Below, in pieces: positions 12,935-26,029 of a stretch of 64,000 nucleotides of DNA (position 1 is the stretch's first letter; every line of letters starts with the position of its first letter). A program made the position numbers and the translations under genes. The notes beneath the pieces are model-generated. The model made no database searches and was not told the origin of the DNA. It worked only from the letters and a program-made list of their open reading frames with translations. Location: the NCBI GenBank assembly GCA_013265495.1, contig MU058059.1:496001-560000 (forward strand). Direction: 5' to 3'. Origin of the DNA: Vicugna vicugna. Its lineage: Eukaryota.

Positions 12935-13185
12935 AACAACAGTTAATCATGAACTGAACATCTGCTACGCAGCGGGCACATGTGTTGTCTCATAAGTCTC
13001 AAACATTTCTTGTGAAGTCTACTAATAATCCAGTTTTACAGATGAAGAAACTAAGGCTTAAAAGGATTAATAAATTTGCATAACTCAGCTATAACGCGGA
13101 ACCATGGACAGCACTGGAATACAGATCTCAGTGTCTAGGATCGTGCTCAGAGTCTGAATTTCCAAACCATGCCTGGCTTTACAAT
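12935..13185 (-). mobile_element. MIR SINE
   Basis: Core ccagttttacagatgaagaaactaaggctta. Confidence 0.8.
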
Positions 13186-15464
13186 GACACACATGTGAAT
13201 AAATTCTAATTTTCTCTACGTATATGTGTGCGTTCTCTCCAGTGTGCTGGAAACTCCTTAAACGCAACAGAACATGTCAGTCTTCTCTTCTCTCATGTCA
13301 ATTTGTACTTCTTCTGATACTTTGTACTTTTATCACTCTACAGCCAGTTTATTATTCTATTTTTCTTTAAAAAACCAGAATAAAATCTAATTTTAAGATA
13401 CCTTCAGTAAATTATGATAAAATGCTTCTTTGTGGCAGTGACTTTTAGGCAAATAATTATGACTATGAAAGCTCCAAGAAGATTCCAGAAGCTTAACAGA
13501 TTTTTTTAATTATCTAAAAACTTTCATCAGTTCTTGGGAAACAATAAACGACCATCATGGTCTTGTACATAAAACTTCAGCATCATCGTGTCTGATAATG
13601 ACTGGCCCAGGGCCATCAGCATAATCATGGGGGAGAAGGGACTCTGCTGTCAGGCACCAGAGAAGTGCTAACGAGAAGGTCACTTCTCTTCACCACGAAA
13701 ACAACAGCCAAAAGAAAACAGAGACTTCGGTGATGACAAGATGATAAAGAAAGAAAATTAAAAGGAAATTAGGAAGAGAAAAATATTAAATAAGGAAAGC
13801 AAAACCAGAATGAAAACAGTGGTACCCACATTAGGAAAAGGATCTTCATTATTAAAGAAGACTTCGCTGACAGCCTCCTGAGCGCAGTAAGCACATTATT
13901 GGAAGAGATGTCATTAGAACAAATCTTCAGATAGAGCATTTATTAGCACTGGCTAGAGAAAATTACTGAAAATAGAAAACAGTTTTAAAAAATGGTTCTG
14001 TAAGAAAGCAGAGGATTTTTATCACTGATTCTTGGCTTGCACCTTTAAAAGTATTAAATGTGTGATTCCAAATGCATTTTGAGCTGTTCTTAAAAGGCAG
14101 GCATTCTGCTAGCTTCTGGGTATACAGTGGTGAGTCAGTTGAGGGCCTTCACCTTACAGAGATGACAGTATAACAGGGACACACACAGGAATGAGGTGAT
14201 TCCAAGTCAGGGTGAGAAGTGCAACCGCAGGACAAGACACAAGAGGGGAACCCGACCAAGTGTTAAGACTTCAGAGTAGCCTTTCTGGAGGTTACGTGAC
14301 ACAAAGGATGGGTAGAATTTAACTAACGGAAAGAGCTGAAGAATAGGAAAGAATATTTAAAGCAACAAAATGATACCAAGTGAGAGAGAAGATGGCGTGT
14401 TCTGGGAACCACAGTCTCTACGAATCAAAGCCTTCTTTTTCAGAAATGCACTACGAATGGAAAACCATGGTTGGCATAGGCAAGGTGTCATAAGAGTCCA
14501 AAATCAAATCAAATAAATGAGGGAATATATCTATGCTTTAGAAGGTATCTTCTTCTAAAAGCAGTCAGCTGGAATTAAGCCTCTACTCCAGTGTCGACTG
14601 AATATTCAGTTTATTTGGAAATGTTTTTGAGTTATGCTTCTCATAAGCCTCCCACCTACTTTATGTTCAGCACCTAACTGTTGAAGTTCTGAGCTAGTCC
14701 TATTGCACTTACAATCATTTTCGCAGTTACTGGCAGATCCTCACTGGAATTTCTGTAAGTTATCACGGAATTTAAGTGCCTGTCTTCTCAGTCTTGTGAT
14801 CACTTCTGTACTCTTCCTCTCATAATTAATTCCATATGGTCTTCAGTGTAGGGGAAACAATGTTTTGTGTTATTTTTCTTTAAAAAGACTCAATATAACT
14901 TTGTAAATCATGAAATGACATGACACATTAAAAATATTTGTTGTGTGCAAGTGTACCAAATCGTACCAAAATCAAGAGCAGACAACTGCACAGTGCGGTT
15001 AGAGCATAAAATAAGGTGAATGTCAAGAAATCAGATGAATGAGGTGAGGAAGAAAGCTATAAAGCCTTTTCATGTTCAGTGAAAGAGCTTGGGATTTATA
15101 CTGAAAGCAATGGTTAATAGCTAAACAGATTCAGTTAGGTTAATATTATGAAACATTATCTGGTGACTTTGTGGTTTGTGGATCTGAAGTTAATGAGACT
15201 GATGATAGGAAAAGCAGTGGGTTCAGATGATGATAAAAGTTGGAGAAAACAGATGTTGATGGCCTCAACGAGATGCCAGTGCATACCTGAAGTAGAAGAT
15301 GTATTTGAGATATATTTAAATAGGACCACCAACAAAACCAGGTGGCTGAATGAGGAGTGTGAGTTCAAAAGGGGAGTACATGTTGATGCTCAAGTCATTC
15401 ACCTGCAAAGTTAGGTGAATTAACAGGTAACAGACTGAGAACACAATCACAGCGGTTGGACAGA

Positions 15465-15655
15465 GCACTGCAGTTGAGCACCTACTATGTGCCAAGAGCT
15501 CTGTTGTTGGTTTTTCAAACACTGTCTCAATTTTCCCAATAACTCAAATAAGGAAACTGAACCTCAGAGAGTTGTTTTAATAATATGTCCAATGCGACAC
15601 AGCTGGTGAATTGAGAAAGTAGATTTCAACGCAAAAGCCCACCTCTTTCTTTCAC
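15465..15655 (-). mobile_element. MIR inserted in L2
   Basis: ttgagcacctactatgtgccaag; aaataaggaaactgaacctcagagag. Confidence 0.8.
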
Positions 15656-15994
15656 TAGCTTTACATGTTTTGAGTCAGAGGTCCCAGGACAAGCTTCAAA
15701 TGAAAATGTCAAAGTGGGAATTTCAAATTTTGAGCTTAGGAGGGAGGCTATATAATTTGGAAATGTGAAGCCATGATAATGAATGTCTCTGGGCATGAAG
15801 AGCGAGGCACAGAGTCTAAGACACAGAGCTGAGGCAGACACAGAATAGAGCATGGAGGAGTCAGAGAAGACAGAGAACAGGCAGCCATAGAGGGAATCAA
15901 AGAAGAAACACCAGTGCATCATAGAAGCCAGGAAGATAGCAATTTTTTAAAGGAAGTGTCAGATGCCCACAGCTAACACTACTCCATGGTATGT

Positions 15995-16203
15995 GGGAAA
16001 GCTGTTTACAGAGGACAGCCTACTCACCCCAAGAAGAGTATTTCCTTCTCTTCTTATTGCATCTACACGAGATGATGGGTGTTAACTAAACCTGCCGTGG
16101 TAATCATTTCAATACATAGGTAAATCTAGTCATCATGCTATACATCTTTAACGTATACACTGATGTATGTCAATTATGTCTCAAAAAAACTGGGGGGAAA
16201 AAA
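15995..16203 (+). mobile_element. L1 3' tail (L1MA9/L1MB-like) inserted in L2
   Basis: gagatgatgggtgttaactaaacc...gtggtaatcatttc...tgtatgtcaattatgtctcaaaaaaactgg. Confidence 0.85.
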
Positions 16204-17559
16204 GATTAAGTAATAACCTGAAGTTGGCCATGAACACAGCAGCATGAAGGTTGCTGGTAACGATGCAGACAGTCTTTCAGTAGAGTGTTTAGGGTGGAAG
16301 CCAGCTTACGTGGGTTTTCTTTGATGACAGAAAGGAACGGACAAGTGCGGACTGCAGCTGTTCAAGAAGTGTGACACTGAGGGGGAGGAGAAACAAGGGG
16401 AGAGGCTGGTTCTAGGAAGCCTATTTGTAATTATTAGAGATTCTTAAATATGTTTAAATGCTGTCATAAAGGAGCCACACAGCCAGGCTTCCTGTGGAGG
16501 GAATGCAAAAGGTCAGGCTTTGATTCATAGTTTTGCTATTTCGCAGTAACAAGGTAATGTTTTCTACCCGTTTACCAAACCAAGTCATCAGGGAGACACA
16601 ATATATACAGGCTGCTAACTGACATTTTGGTAAGACATGAGTATTTTGCACCTCCTTTTCTCCCGAGTAACATCGTTGCTAAAGTTAAAAGGCTCAACTG
16701 TGAGATTTGTTCAACACAGACAATGTAAGTAGGGTTCCCTGGTGATAGGAGCTTTTAGGCTATGAGGCTCTTGCAGTAATTATAAAGAAACATTTGTGGC
16801 CTTGACTGATCATTATCCATCACCAAGAGAATACGGAGAGAAGTGAGCAGGACTTTGGGGCACGGGACATGGACACAGACCTTCCTCTGGTGGTATCTGT
16901 TGGCATTTCACAAACTCATGAAATGAATGGAAATGCAGTGAGATGGATTCCAAGACACAGTACCTCTATAACCAAAATAGTCATATTTGGGCAGCAAAAG
17001 CATAGCACTGCTAGATCAACTGGTAGATTATCTATAAAAAATATTGCTTTTGTGATCTTACAAATACTTAATACTTTGAATGGATTCACAATCCTTTATT
17101 TTTATTTCTCCAATAAGTCATAGATTAGAAGTAGGCTTTTAGTTTGTTTTAAAATCAAACCTCTTTTGATTTTTTTTGATGCCCCTCAAAAATATGAATG
17201 ATTGAAAATAGGAAGTTTAGATGAAAGAACATTAAAGGCAGAGAATCAGCTCACTTTTAATTGGTGCCTGGCTTCACTGGAATAGGCAATTTCCAGCTCT
17301 GAGCAGTGAGGCATGATCAGGGAGCCAGGCAACCTCCCTTCTCCCACAATCAAATCTACACTTTGTTATGAATTTCTGGACTGTCAAACATACATATTCA
17401 AAGATAACAAGAGATAGTAGAATTGCATTTGACCTTGAATAATGACAGAATTACATGAAGGGGAAGAAACAAAAAGGACATTGCAGGAAAGAGTATAAAG
17501 TCAGAGCGATAGTCACGTGCGAGGTAAGAGTGTAACGAGGGCTGTATGGGGGACTGTGT

Positions 17560-17622
17560 AACAGGCAGAGTGACAGGCACTGTGGGTACAAAGATAAATA
17601 CGACACAGTCTCTGTCCTCAAG
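17560..17622 (-). mobile_element. L2 3' fragment
   Basis: aggcactgtgggtacaaagataaatacgacacagtctctgtcctcaag. Confidence 0.55.
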
Positions 17623-19600
17623 TTTATCCACTCAGCCACTGATGGGCACTTAGGTTGTTTCTGTACTTCAGCTATGGTGAGTAATGCTGCAGTGAACATG
17701 GGAGTGCAGAGTCTCTTCAATATCCTGTTTCCACTGCCTTTGGATATATAACCAGAAATAGGAATGCTGGATCATATTGCAGTTTTATTTCTAATTTTTT
17801 GAGGAAATTCTACACTGCTTTCCGTAGTGCCTGTATCAATTTACATTCCCACCATCAGTGCACAAGGGGTCCCTTTTTTTCCATGTCCTCACCAACATTT
17901 GTTATCTCTTGTCTTTTTGAGGATAGCCATTCTAACAGGTGTGAGTTGATACCTCACTGTGGTTTTGATTTGTATTTCCCTGATGATTAGTGATGTTGAC
18001 AATCTTTTCATGTATCAGTTGGTCATTTGTATGTCTTCTTTGGAAAAACATCTATTCAGTTCCTCCACCCATTTTTAAAAATTAGATGTGGTGTCGTTAT
18101 TGAGCTGTAAGTATTCTTTATATATCTTGGATACTGATCTCTCATCAGATAGAAGTTTTGCAGATATTTCCTCCCATTCTGTATGTTACTTTTTAATTCT
18201 TTTGATTGTTTCTTCTGTTGGGCAGAAGCTTTTTTAACTTGATATAGTCCCAGTGTTGATTTTTGCTTTTATATATTATATTTTTTATTTTGTGCTTTTG
18301 GTGTCATATCCAAAAAAAAAAAATTGTTGCTAAGACCAGTGTCATAAAGCTTTCACCCATGTTTCCTTCTACGAATTTTACAGTTTCACGTATTATGTTT
18401 ATGTCTTCAATCCATTTTGAATTAATTTTTGTAAGTGGGTAAGTCAGAGGTCCAGTTTCATTTTTCTGCAGTGTGATTACCCAGTTCTCTCAACACCATT
18501 TACTGAAGAGTTTATCCTTTCCCCACTGAGTATTCTTGGCTCTTCGGTCACGTAAGAGCTGAGTGTATGTGTGGGGTCTATTCCTGGGGTTTTACTCTGC
18601 TGCACTGGTCTCTGCGAGCGCCATACTGCTCTGTAGCGCAGCTTGCAATCAGCGAGTGCGATACCCCCGGCTGTGCTCCTCTTTCTCGGGATGGCTTTGA
18701 CTGCCTGGGGTCTTTTGTGCTACCTACTAATTTTAGGATTGTGTTTTCTATTTCTGTGAAAACAGTGTTTAAATTTTGATAAGGAGGCACTGAATCAAAA
18801 GACAGCTTTGGGTAGTGTAGACATTTTAACAGTATCATTTCTTCTGATTCATGAACATGGAACTTTCTTCCATTTGTTTGTGTCTTCAGTGTCTTTCATC
18901 AGACTCTTGTAGTCTTCAGTGTGCAGATACTTCACTTCCTTGATTAAACTGATCCCTAAGAATACCATTGTTTTCAATGCTATTGTAAATAGGGCTGTTT
19001 TCTTTATTTCTATTAGATATTTCATTGTTAATGCACAGAAACACAACTGATTTCTGAACGTTGACTTTATATCCTGCAGCTTTACTGAATTCACTGACTA
19101 GTTCTAACAGTTTTTTGGTGGAGTCTTTAGGATTTTTTGTATATAATATGATGTTATTGGCAAACAAAAACAATTTCACTTCTTCCTTTCCAATATCTTT
19201 TATTTTTGTCTTGTCTGACTGCCCTGTCTAGGACTTCCAGTACTATACTGCGTAAGAGGTAAGAATAGGCACCCTTGTCTTGTCCCTGAACTTAGAGGAA
19301 AAGCTTTCAACCTTTCACTCCTGCGTATGATGTTAGCCGTGTGTTTCTCATATATGGCCTTTATTACAATGGGGTATGTTTCTTTTTATACTCAATTTGT
19401 TGAGGGGTTTTATCATGAAATGATGTTAAATTTTATCAAGTATTTTTTCTGCATTTATTGAGATGATCATATGATTTTAGCTTTCATTATATTAATGTAG
19501 CATACCACATTTACTGATTTGCATATGTTGAATCATCCTTGCATCCCAGGAATAAATCCTACTTGGTCATTGTATATAATCCTTTTAATGTACACTTCAA
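17623..19600 (-). mobile_element. L1M ORF2 remnant (RT domain to C-terminus), disabled
   Basis: ORF 18916..19179 KLFLFANNIILYTKNPKDSTKKLLELVSEFSKAAGYKVNVQKS matches L1 ORF2, with the catalytic FADD decayed to FANN. Multiple frameshifts. Confidence 0.95.
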
Positions 19601-21049
19601 TTTGTAAAAGTGTTAAAAATTTTGCCATATTTCTGTTGGCTTAAACCTTTTATTCAAAAGTAATTTTGTTGAATAATGTATGTTGCAGACAAATCCAGAA
19701 ATTTCCACAACTAGGTCTATTTTAGTTAGCATCTGAACATACTGCTATTAAATAGTAGCAACACAAATTTATATTTAAATAACCAAGTAGGCTTTTACAA
19801 TATGAAAGAGATGAGGTGAAAGTTGCATGTCATTGAAATAAAATAATCTTCAGTATGTTTAGTAAAAAGTTGAGAAAATATTCATTATGTACTTATTTGA
19901 ATTTGATTCTTTTAAAGCTTTGCTCATAATGAAGTTTACCTTTTGAAAGCTTTGCATTTAAGAGAGACTTTTCATTGAAAGTGTCCTAAGAGGTCTATAT
20001 TCAACTTTTTAAAATATTTTAATAAATTAGAAGGAAAGAAATGTGGTAATTGGTTTTAACATTAACCAAAAAATTATTTTACCCTTTAAAGAACATTATG
20101 TTTTCTAGTACTGCTTGTTCATTCCTTATTTTTTGAATATACTGTAAACAGTTATGACGTAGAATTGCATAAATTCTTCCCAAGGTATTTCTCAGATGTT
20201 CATTTTTCTCATTTTGACATCACTCTCTAGAAAGTAGTCTGAGTGATTACTTTATAACTAACAATCAACATTCGTTTTGGTTATAAAAGGAAATGTCACT
20301 TCAAAATGAAGTTACTCTGTAATAAAATATAATAAAGAGGACAGACAAAATTCTGCTGGCATTATGGCAATTTCAGAAGTACTTGTTTTATTTTAGAAAC
20401 TTAGTCTTGTTTTCTGAACAACTGTTGAAATTCTTTTAAAAAGGATTTTTTTCCTTTTTTAAAAGAACAAAATAAAAAATTCAATACTCATTTTTTACTG
20501 TGGTGGTGACTGTCATGACTCATTATGACATCTGTTGAAATGAACTAATGGATATTTTAACAACTTTATCTCCACGTGTCTTTAGGTGTTTTTACCCTTG
20601 CATTCAAAACTGATTTAGACATTTCAAATAACCCATTTTGGCTCTTTTAGTCAGCGATATAACATGCATTTATACTACAGGATGCTAAATATTTGATCAA
20701 GGTTTTATAACAACCAACTTTAAAAATCAACTATACTGGGATGTACAGACAAACTGATATAGTTAATTCATCCTCTAATCTGCTTCAAACACAAAGCAGT
20801 AACCAATGGTATATTCAAGTTCAAACCAAAAGGACTTACTGAATGGAAATATCCAAGAACAAGTGAAGTGAGAGCCCTGGGTCTTCTAGAAGAGCACGAG
20901 GGCAGCCTGGTGTCTGGACTGGCCAGAGCCTAAGAGTGGGTTAGTCAACTGGAGAACAGTTATTAGGACGTCACCTAGACTGTCACCCTGAAACACGTGT
21001 AAAACAAAAGAAACAAACGAAGGAAAACACCTAAGGGAAAAAAAATGCA

Positions 21050-22340
21050 TAGCGAGGCGCCTACATTCATGCAACAGAAGCTCAATAAAAGCAGAGTAGA
21101 GCAAATGTCAGAGCAATAAAATGTGAAGAAGTAATTGCTGAAAACCTCCCACATCAAAAGTGTACTTCAGGCACTCAGCAGGAGGACTTAAAAGAAATGA
21201 ATCCATAGCCCTGTGGTGGTAAGGCTGTACAGCATTAGGATAAAGAGTAACAACACGTTCCCAACCACGGTCTGACCGGTTACACCAACAAGAGACATCA
21301 GCAACAACAGATGCTAGAAGACAGTGTGTTAATGTCGATTGTGCTGAAGGAGAGTAACTGTAACCCTAAAACTTCATACACAGATAAAATGCTTATTTAT
21401 GAGTCAATGAAAACTGATGTTCATGCTTAAAAGTACCAGAATAATCTACCACCTACACAGACTCTCATTTAAGAACTATTAAATATATAGTTTAGCAAGC
21501 AGAAAACTGAACAAAGAAGGAAGCTGAGGTAGTCAAGAAACATGTGAGTTCCTAAATTGATTAAATGCCGGGAAACTTCTTTAACTATTGACTGTAAACA
21601 CTAAGTAAAAACTTGTATCTTAAAATAAGGATCTAAAACTAATAGCCTACACAGTAACAGCAAGATCAGAGAGGTGTCTTCATTAGTAATTAAAGAGTTG
21701 TATCTTTTCAAGTTTGGGAGAAGGGGCAAAGAATACTGAATCAGTTTAGACACTTTAAAGAAAAAATGAAAGGGCAGAAGAGTTCGATCCTATCTATAAC
21801 TTTTAAACCAGAAGAGGATTTTTTCTTACGTTAACAACATAATAAAGTCAGAAGGAAAGAGATTCAAAGTAAAACACAAAATGGTAAATAGACAATTATA
21901 TGATTTAAATAAGCCCTAATATTTCAAAAATCACAATGACTATAAAAATTATGCTCAGATATTAAAAGACAAATTGTATTTTGAAAATGCCCTTCATGAC
22001 ACTTAAATGAGAAACATCAAAAGCAAAATCAGTCAGAAAGGTTGAAAATCACCGAAAACCTTGTAATATCCTTAATATATTGAAAGATGCCACTGAATGT
22101 CAATTTCTGTTTATACAGGAAGTATGGAGCTCACACATCTATATAAGCAGAGACCTGCAATAATTTTGCGGTACTATTTATATTAAAACATAATATAAAA
22201 TTATACTATTTATAATAGTCAAAGTTTATATACTTCAAATATTCATCAACAGCAGCGTTGATACATTGCTATATATTGATACAGCAGTAAAATGTGCAGT
22301 GATTAAATTTAGACTTCCAAATTATCATACATATATAAAT
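21050..22340 (+). mobile_element. Very old L1ME/HAL1-like fragments (ORF1 3' part plus 3' region)
   Basis: atcagcaacaacagatgctagaagacagtg...gtgctgaaggagagtaactgtaaccctaaaact (ORF1-like); tatttataatagtcaaag...aaatattcatcaacag. Confidence 0.6.
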
Positions 22341-24269
22341 ATTTCCCCACATATTTTTGTACCCATAATCATTACACAAAATTTGAACTGCATATAAATT
22401 CTATCACCCTTTTCCAATTTGCTTTTTATTCTTATCAACAGGACTTCTTTATATTGTTTCATATAGATCAAGTTTATTCATTCTTACTACTCTTACATAT
22501 TTTATCAGAATTGAATCACGAATCCTTATTTTCCTAGAACCTGACCACAAACCACTTAAAAATTAACTAAGAATTTAGAGTATACTATTGAGTATTTTCT
22601 CCATGATCCTCTTCTTTTGGATGATAATGAATCTCACTACCACCCTGGACCTCCACAAACTTGTGCCAGCACTATTAACCAGATGCGTTTCCCAAAATAT
22701 AAATCGGGTCTCTCTAAGTGGACAGTTGCCTTATTCCCACTCATTGTTCTGACCTGCAACCTGAAATGAGAGATGAAAATTCCTCCATCTCTGGTAAACT
22801 CCCAACTAGCCTCTCACCTCCTGAAGTCTACCTTCTGCACTCCAACCTCCCGTAGCTCTCCTCATTACCACCCCGAAGCTACTATAGCTACGTTACCAGT
22901 TCAATGACATGGTGAGTTCAGGAGAGATATTGAAGTGGGATTAAAGAAGAAAGAAGGCATATCTATATGTCTGTCTGTCTAAGAGGAAATTGCATTGTTT
23001 ACAGAAAACTACTCAGTATATTTGTTTTAAAATGTACAAAATTTCTCCATTTACTTATTCATGTATAAACTTTTATTTATAGGCTGTTATTTGGCTCTTG
23101 TTATGAGCCAGAAATTGTGCTGGTTGCTTGAGGAAGAAAATATCATTAAGATATAGTGATGGTCCCACTGGGTCTCACAAATTGTGGGCAACAAATTAAC
23201 CTATTATCTAAAAATAGATCAATTCATCAATGCCATTACCTCTTGAGTTGGTCTTTTAATGCAACTTCTACTGAACATTATGAAGATTTTAGCCACTGGC
23301 AAGAACTGTAGGTCAGAGCAAAGGGTGTTAAATTTTGCATAAGTAATTCAGCTAAGTTAAGCAAAACACAAGAAACCTCTGTTCTTCAAAGCAAAAGAGT
23401 AATCGGGTGGATGACTCAGAATGAAACACTGCCATTTTCTAAAAGGTCAAACATGTATGACTTAGAGCCAATTAACCAATGGACTAATGCTATCAAGATG
23501 TGTTCCAAATCGAACAGCTGTTTTCTAACCATTACGTCAATGGTTAAATTCTACCCACCTTGCTTCCTCTGAATACACCAAGGTGATCCAGCCAGTGGCA
23601 TTTACAAATCCAGTGCTGATGGAAGAGAAAAAACTACCGCAAAGGGGATTCAAGTGAAAGTCAAAAGCATATACAGCCAACCTGGGAAATTAACATAAAC
23701 TTGCAGGTTAACCTTGAAGACTAGATATTGCATAAAAGCAACATAAAACTCTACCTCAAACAATACATTTTTAAAATTCTAGAAAAAAATAAGAGAAATA
23801 AATTTGTCAGTGGCCCAAGAAGGGGATTTAAGCAGCTTTTTGGGGAGCAGGTTCTGAGAGCAGGGGCAGGCACTGATCAAGGCTCTGACACTGAGACAGG
23901 TATCAGAACGAAGGCACTGAGTGGGAGGGAGGTGGTGGCCAGGTGGGTCGAGGGCACGGGGCGGGCTTTGTGTTTGTGCATGTAGTCACTTTTTTCCTTG
24001 ATATTCCTAAAACACTTGGAACATGCTGTTATTAACCTCACCCCTTACGCCATGCCGTATTAATTCCTCTCTGTATAACAGGATGGAATTGCCCCTGGCA
24101 AAGCCTCTTTGTATCTTCTGCATATACTTCTGAAGATAGAAGAGAAAAAAAAAATCACAAATACGCCTAAAAGTCAGACTGATGACAGAATATTTTTAGT
24201 GTCCTTTCTGATCTGAGTGACAGAAGTGGAACACGAACTAGATTAAACAAAAATGGAATGCATCAGATC

Positions 24270-24545
24270 ATAAAACTGGGAAGGCGGAAGCCAGCACTGG
24301 CTTTATATACAGCAGGATCCAGGGACTCAGGAGATGCCATCAAGGCCCTTGGTTCCCAGGAACCCTCGGCTCTGTTTGTCCTTGGGCAGCTTCATCCTGT
24401 ATCCAGCTCCAAGCACACAGCAGCTGTTCATGTATCAATTCCAGAAAATGACTCTGATCATCTCCACTGGGGTCTCCTTCACACCTGTCTCAGGATTAGG
24501 GGGAGGTACAGTGACCGCAAGTTCTACCCCACAGGGGAGGTGAAT
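24270..24545 (-). mobile_element. MaLR LTR fragment (MLT1K/L-like)
   Basis: ctggcttt...gcaggatccagggactcag; gactctgat...ggggtctccttcacacc. Confidence 0.5.
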
Positions 24546-24584
24546 TCATGGAAGACGGAATCACTGTATGACAGCGTGTTGATT

Positions 24585-24710
24585 CTTTTGTTTTAAACTT
24601 TTAATAAACTTTGACTTTGGAATAATTATAGGTTCACAGAAAAGTTGCAAAGGTAGTATAGAGAGTTCCCATGTATGTCTCACCCAGCTTCCCTTAATAT
24701 CAATACCTTC
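24585..24710 (-). mobile_element. L1MB/MC 3' tail
   Basis: ggaataattataggttcacagaaaagttgcaaaggtagtatagagagttcccatgta. Confidence 0.85.
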
Positions 24711-24934
24711 TTTTTCAGCTTGATAGAGGGAGAATTGACAAATGAAATTAGAATATATTTCAAGTGTTTGAAGCAGTGATTCTTTAAGTAGAAAAGAGAT
24801 GAGAGCATCCTTGGGAACATCTTCAGACCATAATCACCACCTAAGAGATATTCTGCTATGCCCCACAGAATTAAAAAGGACACATATTCAAGGTGTTAAT
24901 AAACAAAACTGGCTTGGCTTGCTGTGACAATGAG

Positions 24935-25045
24935 TGACCAAAATGGTTCTGATGTGATCTGAAGAAGTTGAAGCAATGAATCCAACCTAGCAAATATAAG
25001 TTAAACAGATAAAGATGTAAAGTTCCATGTGTAGATTTTAAAAGG
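24935..25045 (+). mobile_element. L3/CR1 RT-region fragment
   Basis: gatctgaagaagttgaagcaatg...agttaaacagataaagatgtaaagttccatg resembles CR1 (DL..LE.W...M.FN..KCKV.H). Confidence 0.55.
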
Positions 25046-25129
25046 TCTAGAAACAGAAGGGAAAGGCTTAGAAGATAATTTGGGAGGGGAACTCAGGATC
25101 AGAAAACTAAATTAGGACGTGATTGTTGG

Positions 25130-25540
25130 CATCTGTCACTTCTGACAGCTCGAGATAACTGAATCACTCTCTGCATTTTGCTATTTTCCTACATTGTGTA
25201 TCTTGCCTTCTCCACATGAAATTGAGCAAAAACTGTTATTTCCTAGCTTCCTTTATCGCCAAGGTGCAGACATGTAAGTTGCAGACATTCCACCCATGAG
25301 ATGCAGCCACATTAGTCAGGTCAGAATTGAGCTGCCTGAGGAAAAGGCATTGATTTGGGGGTACAGATGGAGAGGCCACAATGTCTGGGCTCAGTGGCTG
25401 CCAGACAGCTCTAAGCTGTGGTTCTGGGAGCTTCTTCATGTGAACCTATTCTTAGAGTCACCCAAGAATCTGAGAACTAGCTATAATTTTGTAAAACAAG
25501 CAAATGCATAAACAAATACAAGTTTATTCAAATACTACTT
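25130..25540 (+). mobile_element. LTR16-like ERVL LTR
   Basis: tttcctagcttccttt...aaggtgcagacatgt...cccatgagatgcagcc. Confidence 0.45.
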
Positions 25541-25605
25541 CAGTCATCAGAGCACTTGACATATTAATCATCATTGTTTTTAATTATAATTTTTCTTGAA
25601 AGCCG

Positions 25606-26025
25606 TGCTGTACCAGGTAAAAGTGAGGTGGGAAGCCCCAGGAAAAGATCAGCAGGACCCCCAGCCAGGGCCACAGCTTTCCTGCCGGCGCCATCTGGTT
25701 CCCCAGCCCAGCGGCATTCTCTCGCTTTTGTGCTTCTGTAAAACGTCTTGCTTCTAGGAAAACGAAACTTACCCCTAAAATTCATTGAGTCCCAAAAGCT
25801 CACTCCTGACTGCTCCATTTCTAACGCCTCATTTGTATATGGCACAAACCTAACGGAAACCTGAAACTCTATAAAAGCCTATGTAAACCTACAAACAGGG
25901 TCCAGAGCTCGGAGTGTTATTAACTCCTCTGGGCCCACCAGCAAAATAAACCTGAGTTGTCCAACCCTCCAAGTGTCGCTTGGTCTCTCGCCGGGATTCA
26001 GGTGCTGTAACACTTTGCTGTAACA
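25606..26025 (+). mobile_element. ERV-type solo LTR
   Basis: TATAAAA at 25870, AATAAA at 25945, ends ...GTAACA; relatively CpG-rich. No clear TSD, so the left boundary is uncertain. Confidence 0.7.
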
Positions 26026-26029
26026 TAAG

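Larger units (their letters stand above)
14070..16420 (-). mobile_element. Fragmented L2 LINE (about 14070-14415, 14990-15440, 15665-15965, 16205-16420)
   Basis: aggcattctgctag...gggtatacagtggtgag; aagagcttgggatttatactgaaagcaatgg; aaggttgctggtaac...tttcagtagagtg...ggaagccag. Confidence 0.75.

Noticed and set aside
17623..19600. Active or domesticated reverse transcriptase
   Set aside because: Catalytic FADD is mutated to FANN, with frameshifts and deletions.
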